A stretch of DNA of 64,000 nt from Mobula hypostoma (Eukaryota): NCBI RefSeq assembly GCF_963921235.1, contig NC_086097.1:8866001-8930000 (forward strand), given 5' to 3'. Shown one piece after another: positions 50,904 to 63,704 of the stretch. The notes below the pieces were generated by a model. The model did no database searches. It saw only the letters and a list, made by a program, of their open reading frames with translations, and was not told the DNA's origin. Position numbers and translations under genes: made by a program. The number at the start of each line of letters is the position of its first letter. The stretch's first letter is position 1.

Positions 50904-51564
50904 TATTTGTTCAATGGTTGGGAGGGCTTTCCCTGTGAGGTACTGGGCTGAGTCCACTACTTTTTGTAGGATTTTTCATTGAAAGGCTTTGGTGTTTTCA
51001 TACCAGCCATGATACAGCCAATCAATATACTCTCCACCATGTACCTATAGAAGTTTGTCAAAATTGTTGCTGTTGTGCTGAATCCCCGCAGTCTCCAAGG
51101 AAGTAGAGGTATTGCCGTACTTTCTTTGTAGTGGCGCTCAACATGCTGGATCCGGGACAGGTGCTCTGAAATAGTAACACCCAGGAATTGAAAGTTACTG
51201 ACCCTCTCTATCTCTCCACCATAAACAGTGGATCTTATTGTAGCAGGATCTCATTGTAGAATGAAAGATAAAATGTTACCTTAGACCCAAAACGTAAAAG
51301 ATAACAGCATCCTTAAATTATTTCTCAAACAGCAACAGGGACACATATTTTTAGCAGCCGCCCAAGAACCTTCCATAATGGAAGCAAGAGTATACTATGA
51401 TTTCTTCACCTGCCACTTCATTCAAGACAACCAACTGATCTTGGCCTCTGCTGATGACACTTCATTGATTGGCCTAATCTCAAATAATAACGAGGCAGCC
51501 TGCAGAGAAGAAGTCATCACCCGACACAGAAATGTCAAGAAAACAATCTCTCCCTCAGTGTTGC

Positions 51565-52895
51565 ATGGATAAGTCTGCTTTTGAAATCCCATCCCTGATT
51601 ACTATGTATCTACCTGGGAAGGCCATAATAGATGAAATACTTCTCCCATAACACTTTTACTACCGTAGATGCCCTCTGGCCCTTGGTAGGAAAAGCCTGA
51701 GCACATCTGGGATAGTGCTCTGTGACGACCAAGACATTCGCCGTGTTGCTGGCATTGGGTTCTATTGGCAGGAAATCCATACACACCAGTTCCACAGGCC
51801 CCACACTCTGCAAGAGGGACAAGGGAGCTGCGCGCATAGGCAGTGTCTTCTGCCATATGATCGAATGCACGACTTGCAGTATTCTTCGACCTCGGATTCC
51901 ACCCGGGGCCAGTAAAACCGGTGTCTGAGCAACCCATCAGTCTTTTCCACCCCCAGGTGTCCAGAATCATCAAGAAGTGATTTCAACGCAATCTTCCGAT
52001 ACTTCCCTGGCAGAACCAGCTGGCAACGCTGGGGTCGGTCTGGGGGTGACGTGACCCAGTGTAAGATCTAGTTCTGCAACTCCAACCAGGGCCATTCTCT
52101 CAGTAATGGAGGCACTGACACATGTTTCATCTTCTCCGCCTGAGCCACGTCTCCCTTTTCCACCGCTGACCAAATGGTACCAATGCCCAGATCATCTCGC
52201 TGAGCAGCAGCCACTTCCCCAGAGCTCAATTCCAGCAGCTGGTTTGTCTTCAGAGCAGTCAGGTTACAGTAAACTTGTGGAAAGGCGTCATCAGAGCTCT
52301 CAATTGATCCACCGTTCTCTGCTGCCCCTCCTTTCCCTCTGCCTTCACAGTGATGGCAAACTGACACATGGCCTTCACCCCAGGGGCAGAAACGCTTTCC
52401 CACTCCTCGGCCCTGACCAGTCCCTCATGCACCCATCGGGACAAAGCATCAGCATCAATGTTCCAGCTTCCCAGTCAGTACTTCACGCTGAAATCACAGG
52501 CAGACAACGTGCCAACCACTGATAGCCTGTGGCATCCAGTTTCACCGAGGTCAGGATAAGAAGTTAGAAGGTTGTTGTCCGTCCTCACCTCAAACTTGGC
52601 CCTGTAGAGGTAGTCACTCAGCTTATCCATCATCGCCCATTTCAATGCCAGAAATTCCAACTTGTGCGTGGGATAGTTTTTCTCGGAGGGCTCCAGACTC
52701 CGGCTGTCAAACGCAACGGGCCTCAACCCGGAGCCCTGATCCTGATACAGGACGCCCCTTAAACCTTCTCAGCTTGCACCTGTGTGCAGTATATATGGCG
52801 ATCGGGGGTCTGCAAAAGCCAGTACAGGCGCTTGGGTCAGCAGCTCCTTCAGTGACTGAAAGGCCTCCTGACGTTTTGCATCCCAGCTTGGTCCA
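51565..52895 (-). pseudogene. Gypsy/Ty3 pol remnant (RNase H, then integrase)
   Basis: RPVAFDSRSLEPSEKNYPTHKLEFLALKWA...EVRTDNN; GHLGVEKT...RFYWPR...YCKSC; ELVCMDFL; IHSNQGWDF. The RH-before-INT order indicates Gypsy. Frameshifted, no adjacent LTRs. Confidence 0.92.
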
Positions 52896-53064
52896 ACATT
52901 TCTCTCATTGGATAGCCCCCACATTCCAAAACCCCGTTATCTCTATCATAACCCAAACATTGCTGCTACAGGGAAACCATTACATTAGCAGTGAAACATT
53001 ACAGAGAGGCCATTACATTAGCGATGAAGCCTTACAGCATGTTACAAAGAAAAGCTGGATAATA

Positions 53065-54005
53065 TTCAAGCAACACACATAAAATGCTGGAGGAACTTAG
53101 CAGGCCAGGCAATATCTATGGAAAACAGTACAGTTGACATTTTGGGCTGAGATCCTTCTGCAGGACTGGAGGGAAAGAAAATGAGAAGTAGATTTATAAG
53201 GTGGGGGGAGTGTACGGAGAGACACAAGGTGATAGGTGAAACCAGGAAAGGGAGGGATGATGTAAAAGAGCTGGGTAGGTGATTGGTGAAAGAAATACAG
53301 GGCTGGGGAAAGGAGAATCTGATAAGAAAGGACAGAAGGCCATGGAAGAAAGAAAAGGGGGAAGGAACACCAGAGGGAGGCGATGGGCAGGCAAGGAGAT
53401 AAGGTGAGAGAGGGGAAAGGGGAGGGGAATGGGGGATGAGGCATTACCAGAAGTTCGAGAAATCAATGTTCGTGCCATCAGGTTGGAGGCTACCTAGACG
53501 GAATATAAGATGTTGTTCTTCCAACCTGAGTGTGGCCTCATCACAACAGGCCATAGATTGACATATCAGAATGGGAATGGGAAGTGGAATTAAAATGGTG
53601 GCCATTGGAAGGTCCCTCTTCTTGTGGATGGAGCATATGTGCTCGGCAAAGCAGTCTCCCAATTTATGTTGGGTCTCACCGATATATAGTAGGCCACACT
53701 GGGAGCACTAGATACAATATACGACTTCTACAGACTTATAGGTAGTGTCGCCTCACCTGGAAGGATTGTTTGGGGCCCTGAATGACAGTGAGGGAGTAGG
53801 TGTAGGGGCAGGTGTATCACTTGTTCTGCTTGCAAGGATAAGTGCCAGGAGGGAGATCACTGGGGAGGGTTGAATGGACAAGGGAGTCATGCAGGGAGCT
53901 ATTTGTGCAGAAAGCAGAAAATGGGGGTGAAGGAAAGATGTGCTTGGTGGTGGGATCCTGTTGGAGATGGCTGAAGTTCTGGAGAATTATGCAGAGGCTG
54001 GTGGG
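53065..54005 (-). mobile_element. Neptune-like PLE, longest fragment (Cys linker + GIY-YIG + 3' UTR)
   Basis: Linker TYPCKQNK*YTCPY (~53800-53843); ORF 53444-53662 GDCFAEH...LRLEEQHLIFRLGSLQPDG; decayed hammerhead at ~53131-53168. Confidence 0.88.
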
Positions 54006-54280
54006 GTCATATGCCTTGTCCTCTTATACTGAGGAAAGCACACAAAAAACAGTCAAAATTGAAGTTCAAAGAATGAACACATATTGGAGGAACATAATGA
54101 ACAATTGAGGTAATTACTACATAATTTTAAACCAACTTTGATGCAGTTAGTTCAAAACTTAAAATAAACAGCAAACTATTTAATAGAAAAGATTAAACAA
54201 AATGAGGTAAATAGATATTTTCTACTCTGCCAGCAATTATTAACTTCTTTAAAAATGGTCCCCTAACACCTCTGACTAAA

Positions 54281-54416
54281 AACAAATTAGTCTGAAGATG
54301 CTGGGGTCAAAGCTACACTCGGAGTCCTGACGAAGGGTTCCGGCCCGAAACGTCAACCGATCTTTTCCACGGATGCTGCCCGACCTGCTGAGTTCCTCCA
54401 GTGTGTTGTGAGTGTT
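54281..54416. mobile_element. Short PLE fold-back element with an intact hammerhead core on +
   Basis: agtc CTGACGA a GGG ttccgg CCC GAAA cg TC aacc (54323-54358); 13 bp TSD acctctgactaaa (54268-54280, 54417-54429). Confidence 0.9.
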
Positions 54417-54556
54417 ACCTCTGACTAAAGCAACTGAGAGACACATAGAGGAATTAAAACTTTGTAAATGGAATTTTATCCTAATATCTTTTCAGATATA
54501 ATAGTCATAAGTTATCAAACATATCAGGTCTTGAAAAATAGCAGTGTTATATTTAC

Positions 54557-55025
54557 TCCATAAGACCATAAAATATAAGAGCAGAATTAGGCCTTTTGAC
54601 TCATCAAGCCTGCTCTACCATTCCAACATAGCTGATTTATTATTCCTCTCAACCCAATTCTCCTGCTTCTCCCCATATCATTTCATGCTCTGACTAATCA
54701 AGAACCTGTCAACCTCCACCTTAAGGATACCCAATGACTTGGCCTCCACAGCCATCTGTGGCGATGAATTCCACAGATTCACTACCCTCTGGCTAAAGAA
54801 ATTCCTGCTCTTCTCTATTCTAAAGGGATCACCCTTTGGTCCTGGATTCTCCCACTATAGGACACATTCTCTCCACAGACACTCTACTTAGGCTTTTCAA
54901 AAGTCAGTTGGTTTCAATAAGATCCCTCCCTCATTCTTTAATCTCCAGCCAATACAGGCCCTTGGCCTTCAATCACTTCTCATGTGCCATCCTTTCACAG
55001 GACCATTGCTGTGAACCTCCTCTCA
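54557..55025 (-). mobile_element. CR1 3' fragment
   Basis: Similar to 5168-5520. Confidence 0.8.
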
Positions 55026-55364
55026 GGCTGAAGCAGGCGGGAACGATTAGTGTGCAACCTTCAACTACAATTGTTAATGGCAAATGGGATTTTGACTTAA
55101 AAAACAAACCTATCACACACAAAGTTTTGCTGTCAGGAAAGTTGAGTTTATGTTCTTAAAAATTGGTTTCAACTTGAAATATCAATATTGTTTTTCTTTC
55201 CACAGATGCTGCGTGACACGCAGTGTGTTTCAAGCATTTTTAAAAAAATTTCGATAACATAACTTTAGATAACATCAGTGGATCATTAACAAATCGTTAA
55301 CTGAATTTATCATGGATATTTTTGGGGATTATGAAGTGATAGAAGAAGGGAAAGATATCCTAGT

Positions 55365-56372
55365 TCATTTATCGTTGATGACACAAATATTGTTGACAGA
55401 ATTTCAATTGTTAATGAGATGGCATACAGGAGAAAGATAGATCAGCTGGTTGAGAGGTGTCACAGCAATAATCCTGCACTCAACGTCAGTAGGACCAAAG
55501 AATTGATTATAGATTTCAGAAAGGGTAAGACGAGGGCAGACACACCAGTCTCATCGAGGGATCAGGAGTGGAAAGTGTGAGTTCCTGGGTGAGTTCAAGT
55601 TCCTGGGTGTGTGTCAACACCCCTGCGGATATATCCTGGGCCCAGTATATACTGTAGATGCAGCTCCAAAGATGACCTGACAGCGGATATATTTCACTTG
55701 GAGATTGAAGAGATTTGGTATGTTACTAAAGACACTTGTAAATTTCAACAGATATACCATGGAGAGCATTCTAACTGGCAAACATCACCCAGGACATGCT
55801 CTCTTGGGAATTTTGAAGAAGGTTATCAATATCGGAAATATTCGGAGAACAACTCTGGAGAGAGCAACAGAGCTGAGGATTCAGATCAATAATCCTACAA
55901 ATTTCTATAGATGTAATATGGAGAGCATTCTAACTGGTTGCATCACTACTTGGTATGGAGGGGCCATGGCACGGGAGCAGATAAAGCTGCAGGAGGATGA
56001 AAACTCAGTCAGCTCCATCACGGGCACTAGCCTTCCCAGCATCCAGGATATCTTCAAGGAGCGAAGCTTCAAAAAGGTGGCGTCCGTCACTAAGGACCCC
56101 CATCACCCAGGACATGTCCTCTTCTCATCGCTGCCATCAGAAAGGAGGTAGAGGAGTCTGAAGGCACACACTCAATGATTCTTCCCCTCTGCTATCAGGT
56201 ATCTGAATAGACATTGAACCAATGATCACAATCTCACTACTTTAGTTTCTCTTTTTCAACTACTTATTTGATCTAACTTTTTAAATATACAATATATATA
56301 TTTCTTATTCTAATTTACAGTTTTATTATTACGTATTGCAATGTACTGCTGCCACATAACAAGTTTCACAAC
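55365..56372 (+). mobile_element. Rex1/Babar-type RT and 3' fragments
   Basis: FYRCNMESILTGCITTWYG...KDPHHPGHVLFSSLPSERR. Confidence 0.8.
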
Positions 56373-56430
56373 ACACTATTACAGCTCGGGGCATTGGAAG
56401 TTGAAGGTCAATACTGACGTCATCTGTAAA

Positions 56431-56630
56431 AAGCACACACAAAATGCTGGAGGAACTCAGCAGGCCAGGCAGAATCTAAGGAAAAAGTCAACGTTTTGGG
56501 CCGAGACCCTTCAGCGAGACTGAAACGTCGACTGTACTCTTTTCCATAGATGCTACCTGGCCTGCTGAGTTCCTCTGGCATTTTGTGCGTGTTGCTTGGA
56601 TTTCCAGCATCTGCAGATTTTTTCTTGTTT
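56431..56630. mobile_element. PLE-derived fold-back element nested in a tRNA SINE (~56375-56862)
   Basis: Inverted arms; 12 bp TSD gtcatctgtaaa (56419-56430, 56631-56642). Confidence 0.9.
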
Positions 56631-58551
56631 GTCATCTGTAAAGAGTCTGTACATCCTCCTCATGGGATGCGTGGGTTTCCTCCGGGTGCTCCGGATTCCT
56701 CCCACAGTCCAAAGATGTACTGATTTGTAGGCTAATTGGTGATTATAAATTGCCCTATGATTAGGCTAGGGTTAAAAAGATGGGCTGCTGGATGGTGCAG
56801 CTTGTTTAACCAAAAAAGACTTGTTCCACGCTGTTTGTCTAAATAAAATAAGATTAAAATAAATGATTCCATGTGGATTTTAAATTCTGCAAAAGAGGAA
56901 TAATGCACAACAGATATAAAACGAACTTCCAGCTCAGTGCTGCTGTTTTTCATTTGGCACAGAATGAGAGTTCCTTCCTGATGTTCCCATTCAATACAGA
57001 GGAATTAATATAAATGCTGGATTGCACGGCTTGGCACACCATTATAAAATCAATAGGTCAAAAGAGAAATCTTAAACATGCTAAATACATTTTAGAACCA
57101 ATATTTTTGCCAAAATAGATTATTGGTCCAATACAAACTATTCAATTCCACAGATGTGCCTTGATCCAGTATATCACAATGCACATCAGTATAAGCTGAT
57201 GTTTGCTTGATTTCATGAGTTATATTCTGTTGTCAATTTCAACATGTAATCTGAAGTTACAATGTTAAATTATAGAAAACACTCGCCAGCCTATATTTAA
57301 TTATTGTGTCTCCAATTCCTGACGAGTTTGAGGTGAGCAAGACTATCCCCCCCCCCCCACGACCACATTCTAACTATTTTTTACAGGAACACCATTGAGA
57401 GTGTCCTGACCATCTGCTTCAATAAATCTTCATTACTTGTTTGTTTGCTAATCTTGCCTTTCTAGATACAGTTGCTGCCATTTGTAAGATCGTAAACAAG
57501 TTGTAAGTAAGCTAAATAATAGCTTGTTTAATTACTGACCATAAATGGAAGTCAGTCTTCAGTTCTTAAAATGTAAATGGTACATACTAATCAGTTTGAA
57601 GTTAAAACAAAGTATTGTCTATAGAACACCTTTCCCTTCTGCCATCTGATTCCTAAATGGACGTTGGATCTTTGGACACTACCTCACTTTTTTTTAATAT
57701 ACATTATTTCTGTTTTTGCATTAAAAAAAATCTATTCAATGTACGTAAATGATTTACTTGTTTATTTATTATCATTATTATCATAATTATTTCTATTTTA
57801 TTTATTTATTTTTTCCTGTCTGCTATATTACGTATTGCATTGAACTGCTGTTGCTAAGTTAACAAATTTCACATCACACGCTGGTGATAATAAACCTGAT
57901 TCTGATGCCCTATCTGTGCTAAGCAGGTGCCAGCTGATAGTGTCCTGTCTTGCTGCTTGAGAGATACAGTGTAAGGTAATGTGTTGTTTAATTAGGGTTG
58001 CTTCAAACAGATAAGCTGATTCTAAATTGTTCGGAGTTCAGGGAAGCTTGCAAAACAGATGACTAATTAGCATATTAAATAACTGATGCATTTATAGTTG
58101 GGAGTTTTATGAACTCAGGTAAGTTAGCTTTGGAGCACTAATTATGAAATGTGAACATTAAACTGAGGATTATGTCTCCAAAATGCATTTAGATAGTTTG
58201 TGCTAAAAGGGTACCTGAAGAAATATCACGTGTGTGTGAAACCACCCCAATGGGAAAGAAGCTGTATAAATGTAGAGAACAGTTTAAATTTATTAGGAAA
58301 GGGGTAACAAAACTTAAAGATCATGGAAGAAACACGGGATGAACTGGAATCCAGTCCTTTGGTTTGGTTTCTGCAACGGACTTGATCATCTGCATTGTGC
58401 TATGTCTTTGAAGTTTATAGGAATTGTACCTGTGGTTTTGAAATCCTTTGTACTTTGTGTTTTAAAAATGGTTTGTAATTGGAGAAGTTTAAGATGGAAA
58501 TCCTCTATCAGTTTTAAATGTGCTTGAACATATTGTTTGGATTTATTTGTT

Positions 58552-59450
58552 CAGGTAGTGTTGAAGAAACAGAGAGCCTGCAGAGAGACTTAGATAGTTT
58601 AGAGGAATGGGCAAAGAAGTGGCAAATGAAATACAAAGTTGGAAAGTGTATGTTCATGCACTTTGGTGGAAGAAATAAACAGGAAGACTCTTATTTAGAT
58701 GGGGAGAGAATTCAAACTGCAGAGGTGCAAAGGGACTTGGGAGTCCTTGTGCAGGATACGCTAAAGGCTAACCTCCAGGTTGAGTTGGTGATGAAGAAGG
58801 CAAAAACAATGTTGGCATTCGTTTCTAGGGGTATAGAATATAAGAGCAGGGATGTGATGTTGAGGCTCTATAAGGCACTCGTGGGATCACACTTGGAGTA
58901 TTGTATGCAGTTTAGGGCTCCTTATTTTAGAAAGGATATACTGACTTTAGGGAGGGGTCAGAGAAGATTCACGAGAATGATTCCAGGAATGAAAGGGTTA
59001 TTGTATGAGGAACATCTGACAGCTCTTGGTCTGTATTCCCTGGTGTTCAGGAGAATGAGGGGGCATCTCATAGAAACATTCCGAATGTTAAAAGGCCTAA
59101 ACAGATTAGATATGGCAAAGTTATTTCCCATGGTAGGGGAGTCTCGGACAAGAGGGCACGACTTCAGAATTGAAGGACGTCCATTTAGAACAGAGATGCG
59201 GAAAACTACTTTCGTCGGAGGGTGGTAAATCTCTGGAGTTTGTTGCCACAAGCAGCTGTGGAGCCCAAGTCATTGGATGTATTTTATGCAGAGATAGGTA
59301 GGTTCCTGATCAGCCAGGGCATCAAAGGGTATGGGGAGAAAGCAGGGGAGTGTGGATGACTGGAAGAATTGGATCAGCCCATGATTGAATGGTGGAGCAG
59401 ACTAGATAGGCTGAATGGTCCACTTCTGCTCCTATACCTTATGGTCTTTT
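58552..59450 (+). mobile_element. 5'-truncated CR1 LINE
   Basis: ORF 58518-59228 (LQRDLDSLEEWAKKWQMKY...RDLGVLV...LYKALV...TRGH); tail ccttatggtctt. Confidence 0.92.
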
Positions 59451-60117
59451 GGGATTTAAATTGTATCACTGAAAATAAATGAACTGTGCGTTAAACTACT
59501 TTGTTATCGGGAGATATCTTCTCCTTGGTTGGAAGAGGAGACCCACCACTCAAATAGTGGATATTGGCAGTTAAGCTCACCATGAAGAATAAACAGGGAA
59601 GTGAATTAGCCTTTGAAGATTGGTAGTACAGTATTATCTCTCTTTAATTAGAGTACTCATGGCTATTTATATCAGTTGGAGCTTACGGTCATTGTTTGAG
59701 TTTAGCACTTTCCAGTCAGCAAGCACAAAATCATAGCACTGCATCACATTCTGGAATGGGAATTGCAAGGCATCTGACCACAAGACCCTACTAAGGATTA
59801 TGAGGACTGCCAAGCGGACCATCACGGCTTCTCTTCCACCCTTCTGAGATATTTATCATCTGGCTGGAGGTACCAAAGCATTAGTACAAGCATTTTTAGA
59901 ATGGGAAACAGTTTTTTCCACAGACCATGAAACTACTGAACTACCTGTCACCACCCTGGCCATATCACGTATGAAGCACCAATAGCATTATACTGTCTAC
60001 TTTTTTAACTTATGTTGCAAAAGCACCTTATTATTTGTTAATTTATTTGTGGTGATACTAATTTATGTTTTGTGTGTGAGTTATATGTACTGTATTGTGC
60101 ACCTTGGGCCAGAGGAA

Positions 60118-60287
60118 GCAGGAGAATATCTGCAGATGCTGAAAATCCGAGCAAAACACACAAAATGCTGGAAGAACTCAGCAGGCCAGGCAGCATCTAT
60201 GGAAAAAAGATGTCGGTCCGAAATGTCAACTGTACTTTTCTCCATAGGTGCTGCCTGGGCTGCTGAGTTCCTCCAGCATTTTGAGTT
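60118..60287. mobile_element. PLE-derived fold-back element
   Basis: Inverted arms around ~60210; decayed flanking duplication ggccagaggaa / ggtctggaggaa. Confidence 0.82.
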
Positions 60288-60578
60288 GGTCTGGAGGAAT
60301 GTTGTTTTGCTTGGCGGTATACATGTGTATGGTTGAATGACAATAAACAAACTTGAAAAGCATCAGCAAGACATGTACTCTGTTCATGACACAATTCAAA
60401 CTGCAAGCATTATGTGAGAAAAAGTGAATAAACAACAAGTTTCTGCAATTTCAAAACATATGGAAAAGTGGGTGAGAAAAAATATTTAGTGAAATCTTAC
60501 CAGTTTTCTACTGGGTTACAGAGGAGCAATAATTTTATTAAGTAGAATCTTAGGCTTAACACCCAAAATAGTTTAAAT

Positions 60579-60670
60579 CAGGGGTTCCCAACTTTTTTTA
60601 TGCCATGAACCCCTACCATTAACCGAGGGGGACACCAAGTTATACTTCACTTTCAAGTTGCGAACCATTG
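60579..60670. mobile_element. Tiny hAT-like MITE
   Basis: caggggttcccaac terminus; homologous to 20158-20239. Confidence 0.55.
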
Positions 60671-62165
60671 GCCTAAAAGTTTGAGCGGGGATAACTTCAC
60701 TCACCCCAATACTGAACTGATTGTACATCCTATAGACTCACTTTCAAGGACTCATGTTCTCAATATTTATTGCTTATTTATATATTATTATTATTATCTT
60801 TTTTTTATATTTGCAGTTTGTTGTCTTTTCCACATTGGTTGTCTATCCACCTTTGATGAGTGTGGATTTGTGCTGATTCTATTGTGTTTCTTTTCCATTT
60901 CTGTGAATGCCTGCAAGGAAATGGAAGTGACATATATGCACTTTGGTAATAAATTTACTTTGACCAACAAAAGCTTTCAAGCATGTCGCTCAGTGTGACA
61001 GAAGATCTTGAAAATGCAGTTCTTTGCAGGAACCATTACCTCAACTTGCAAGTTCAAGTGGAACGTCCAATGTCATTACATCAAGTCATCGTAGAGTCCT
61101 GATGGATGAGTCGATAGTAGTAGGGAATATTGAAACTGATAACGTTCTCCCAAAAGAAAGGTAGAAATTAAATTTACATAGCATTCCTTCTAGTTGAAAA
61201 TAATTTGTTACTTTTAAATGACAAGGTATTTGGGGGAAAGTTCTTCAAAATCGTCACCTGCACTAGCTTTTTGGGCAAAATTAAGACGAACAGGAGAAGA
61301 AACTGTATCACCCATGCTACGAAGGACCATGTGACATTAAAACTCTAGTTACCCAGAGAGGTTCTCTTCCTCTAAATTACGTTTGGGTTCACTCTGGCAG
61401 TAGGATCAGCAGAGGACAGAGAGCTGAGTATGGAAATGGGGATGGGAGTTGAAATGGCCTATAACCAGGAGCTCAAGATTTCCATAGGATTGAGAGCGTC
61501 ACTCAAGTGAATGCACTACTGGTCAAGTGTGCTTCCGCACTGATCACTAAAAGTGTAATGTCATTTACACGTTACTCCTGATGAAGGTTCTCAGCCCAAA
61601 ACATCACTTGTTCATTTCCCTCTGTAAGTGCTGCCTGACCTGCGTTTTTGTGTTCCAGATTTCCTGCAACAGTTGAATCTTTTGTGGACAGGAGGGTAGT
61701 CAAAACTGACCAACGTATCACCAGCTCCAAACTACCCGCCATCAAGGACATATGTACAGAAAGGTGCCAGAAAAAGGCCAGCAACGTTATAAAGGATCCC
61801 ACTCACCCTGCTTAGGGACTGTCTGTCCCACTCCCATCAGGGAGCAGGTTATGTGGCATCAATGTCAGGACCACCAGACTGAAGAATAGTTACTTTCCCC
61901 AAGCAGTAAGGTTGAACAACTCCCCCGCCCACTAACCCACCCCACTGCACCTCCACGACCACTACTGTATCATTCCTGCCAGTGTCACCGTTTCTGCTGC
62001 ATTGGATCCAGGGTAACAATTATTTTGTTCTCCTTTACACTTGTGTACTGGAAATGACATGAAACAAACTACTCTTGAATCTTGTTTGTACACGTGGTTG
62101 TCCCAGATGTTGGACTTCTGCACACCCTGCCCAGTTACTGGTGAAAACAACAAGTAGATATACAA

Positions 62166-62354
62166 CACACATCAAAGTTGCTGGTGAATGCAGCAGGCCA
62201 GGCAGCATCTCTAGGAAGAGGTACAGTCGACGTTTCGGGCCAGGACCTCGACTGTACCTCTTCCTAGAGATGCTGCCTGGCCGGATGCATTCACCAGCAA
62301 CTTTTATGTGTGTTGCTTGAAATTCCAGCATCTGCAGATTTCCTCGTGTTTAAC
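62166..62354. mobile_element. PLE-derived fold-back element, young
   Basis: Near-perfect arms; TSD tagatatacaa (62155-62165, 62355-62365). Confidence 0.92.
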
Positions 62355-63345
62355 TAGATATACAAGTTTTTGTAGAGAATTCATTTATGATAAAAACTTG
62401 TTTTGTCATTAATGATTCCCTTGCCAACTCAATATTCACAAATCTGGAGATTGTGATAACAACTTACTATAAATATTTATAGCACAATTCCTAATCTAAC
62501 GAAAGATGTTTACGTTTCACAACATTGGTTCAACAGGCAAGGACCTCAGCTAATGATGAACCTGATAATTTTGCCAGTGCTGAAATGGCACATCTTGAGG
62601 AGCAAGACATCTCTGAGATAACAGTAGAAGAGTGACAAGAGTTATATCTTAATCAATGGTTTGCACCACTGAGCTCAACAGTGGGAGGCAGAGCAAATGC
62701 CCGAGTGCACATATCAGCTACAGTTCTCAAGAGCAGCAAAGACAGAGAAGAGGAATTTAAGCAGGAGTCAGATGGATAAAAGGCTGGTTATGAATGGAAC
62801 AAGGACAGAGACAAAACACTGTCATGAGGGAGAAAGAGAGATGAATATTACATTGCAAAAGAGATTTCCTTTTAAATATGATCTTGATATTTGAGAAACT
62901 GCTGCAAGTCAGCAGTAATATTAGCAGTAAAAATGCTGGAATCTATAATCAAGGATGATAACAGAGGATGTTGAAAATATAGCATTGAGCTGAGTCAGCA
63001 AAAGAAGATTATGACGAGCTAATCTGCCGTATTTCTTCAAGAACAAGTCTCGTAGAATAGACAAGGGATGGATTTAAATGTTGAAACGGCCTTTCAATTA
63101 GGTCCTATATGAGATTGGTCAGCAAAGTTAGAGTGCATGGCATTCAAGTTCAAGTTGAATGTTATTGTCGTCTAACTATCCATATACAACCAAATGAAAC
63201 AATGTTCCTCTGGACCACAGTTTACCCACAAATCATATGTTACAGACAGCACATAAAACATTTCCACAAATAAGTTAGCAAAATATAACGCAAAATGCAT
63301 GTAGCGAGCAGCAAAGGTAAACAGAAAACAGTTCAGTAAACAGTC

Positions 63346-63448
63346 CTGATGTCCTGATGAAGGGTCTGGGCCCTAAACATCGAATGTATGTTCCCATCCA
63401 TACATGTTGCCTAACCTGCTGAGCTCCTCCAGCATTTTGAGTGTATTG
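63346..63448 (+). mobile_element. Single PLE arm starting at the hammerhead
   Basis: gtcCTGATGAagggtctgggccctaaacatcg...; 12 bp TSD cagtaaacagtc (63334-63345, 63449-63460). Confidence 0.85.
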
Positions 63449-63704
63449 CAGTAAACAGTCAACAGCTCACTGTCCTAATGACAAGACTTCATGGTGGCAA
63501 GGTATTCATTAGTCTCACAGCCTGAGGGAAGAAGCTGTTACCCAGTCTGGCAGCCCTAGTCCTAATACTTCTGTACCATCTTCCTGACAGTGGTGGATCG
63601 AAGAGATTGTGGGATGGATGGTAGGGATCCTCAGCAAGACAACAACAGGGTAACACACTGATACAAATTGTTTTCTATCTAATAACCAATTCACAGAGGG
63701 GGAA

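Larger units (their letters stand above)
49470..51220 (-). mobile_element. Rex1/Babar-type fragment carrying three nested insertions
   Basis: SDRRYKSLK...RNSYYP remnant and upstream RT-region remnants, interrupted at 49734, ~50031 and 50228. Confidence 0.7.

Noticed and set aside
62537..62635. Acidic mini-ORF after ttcaacAG (ARTSANDEPDNFASAEMAHLEEQDISEITVEE*) as a terminal exon
   Set aside because: It is short, the acceptor is weak and nothing is recognisable; not distinguishable from chance.
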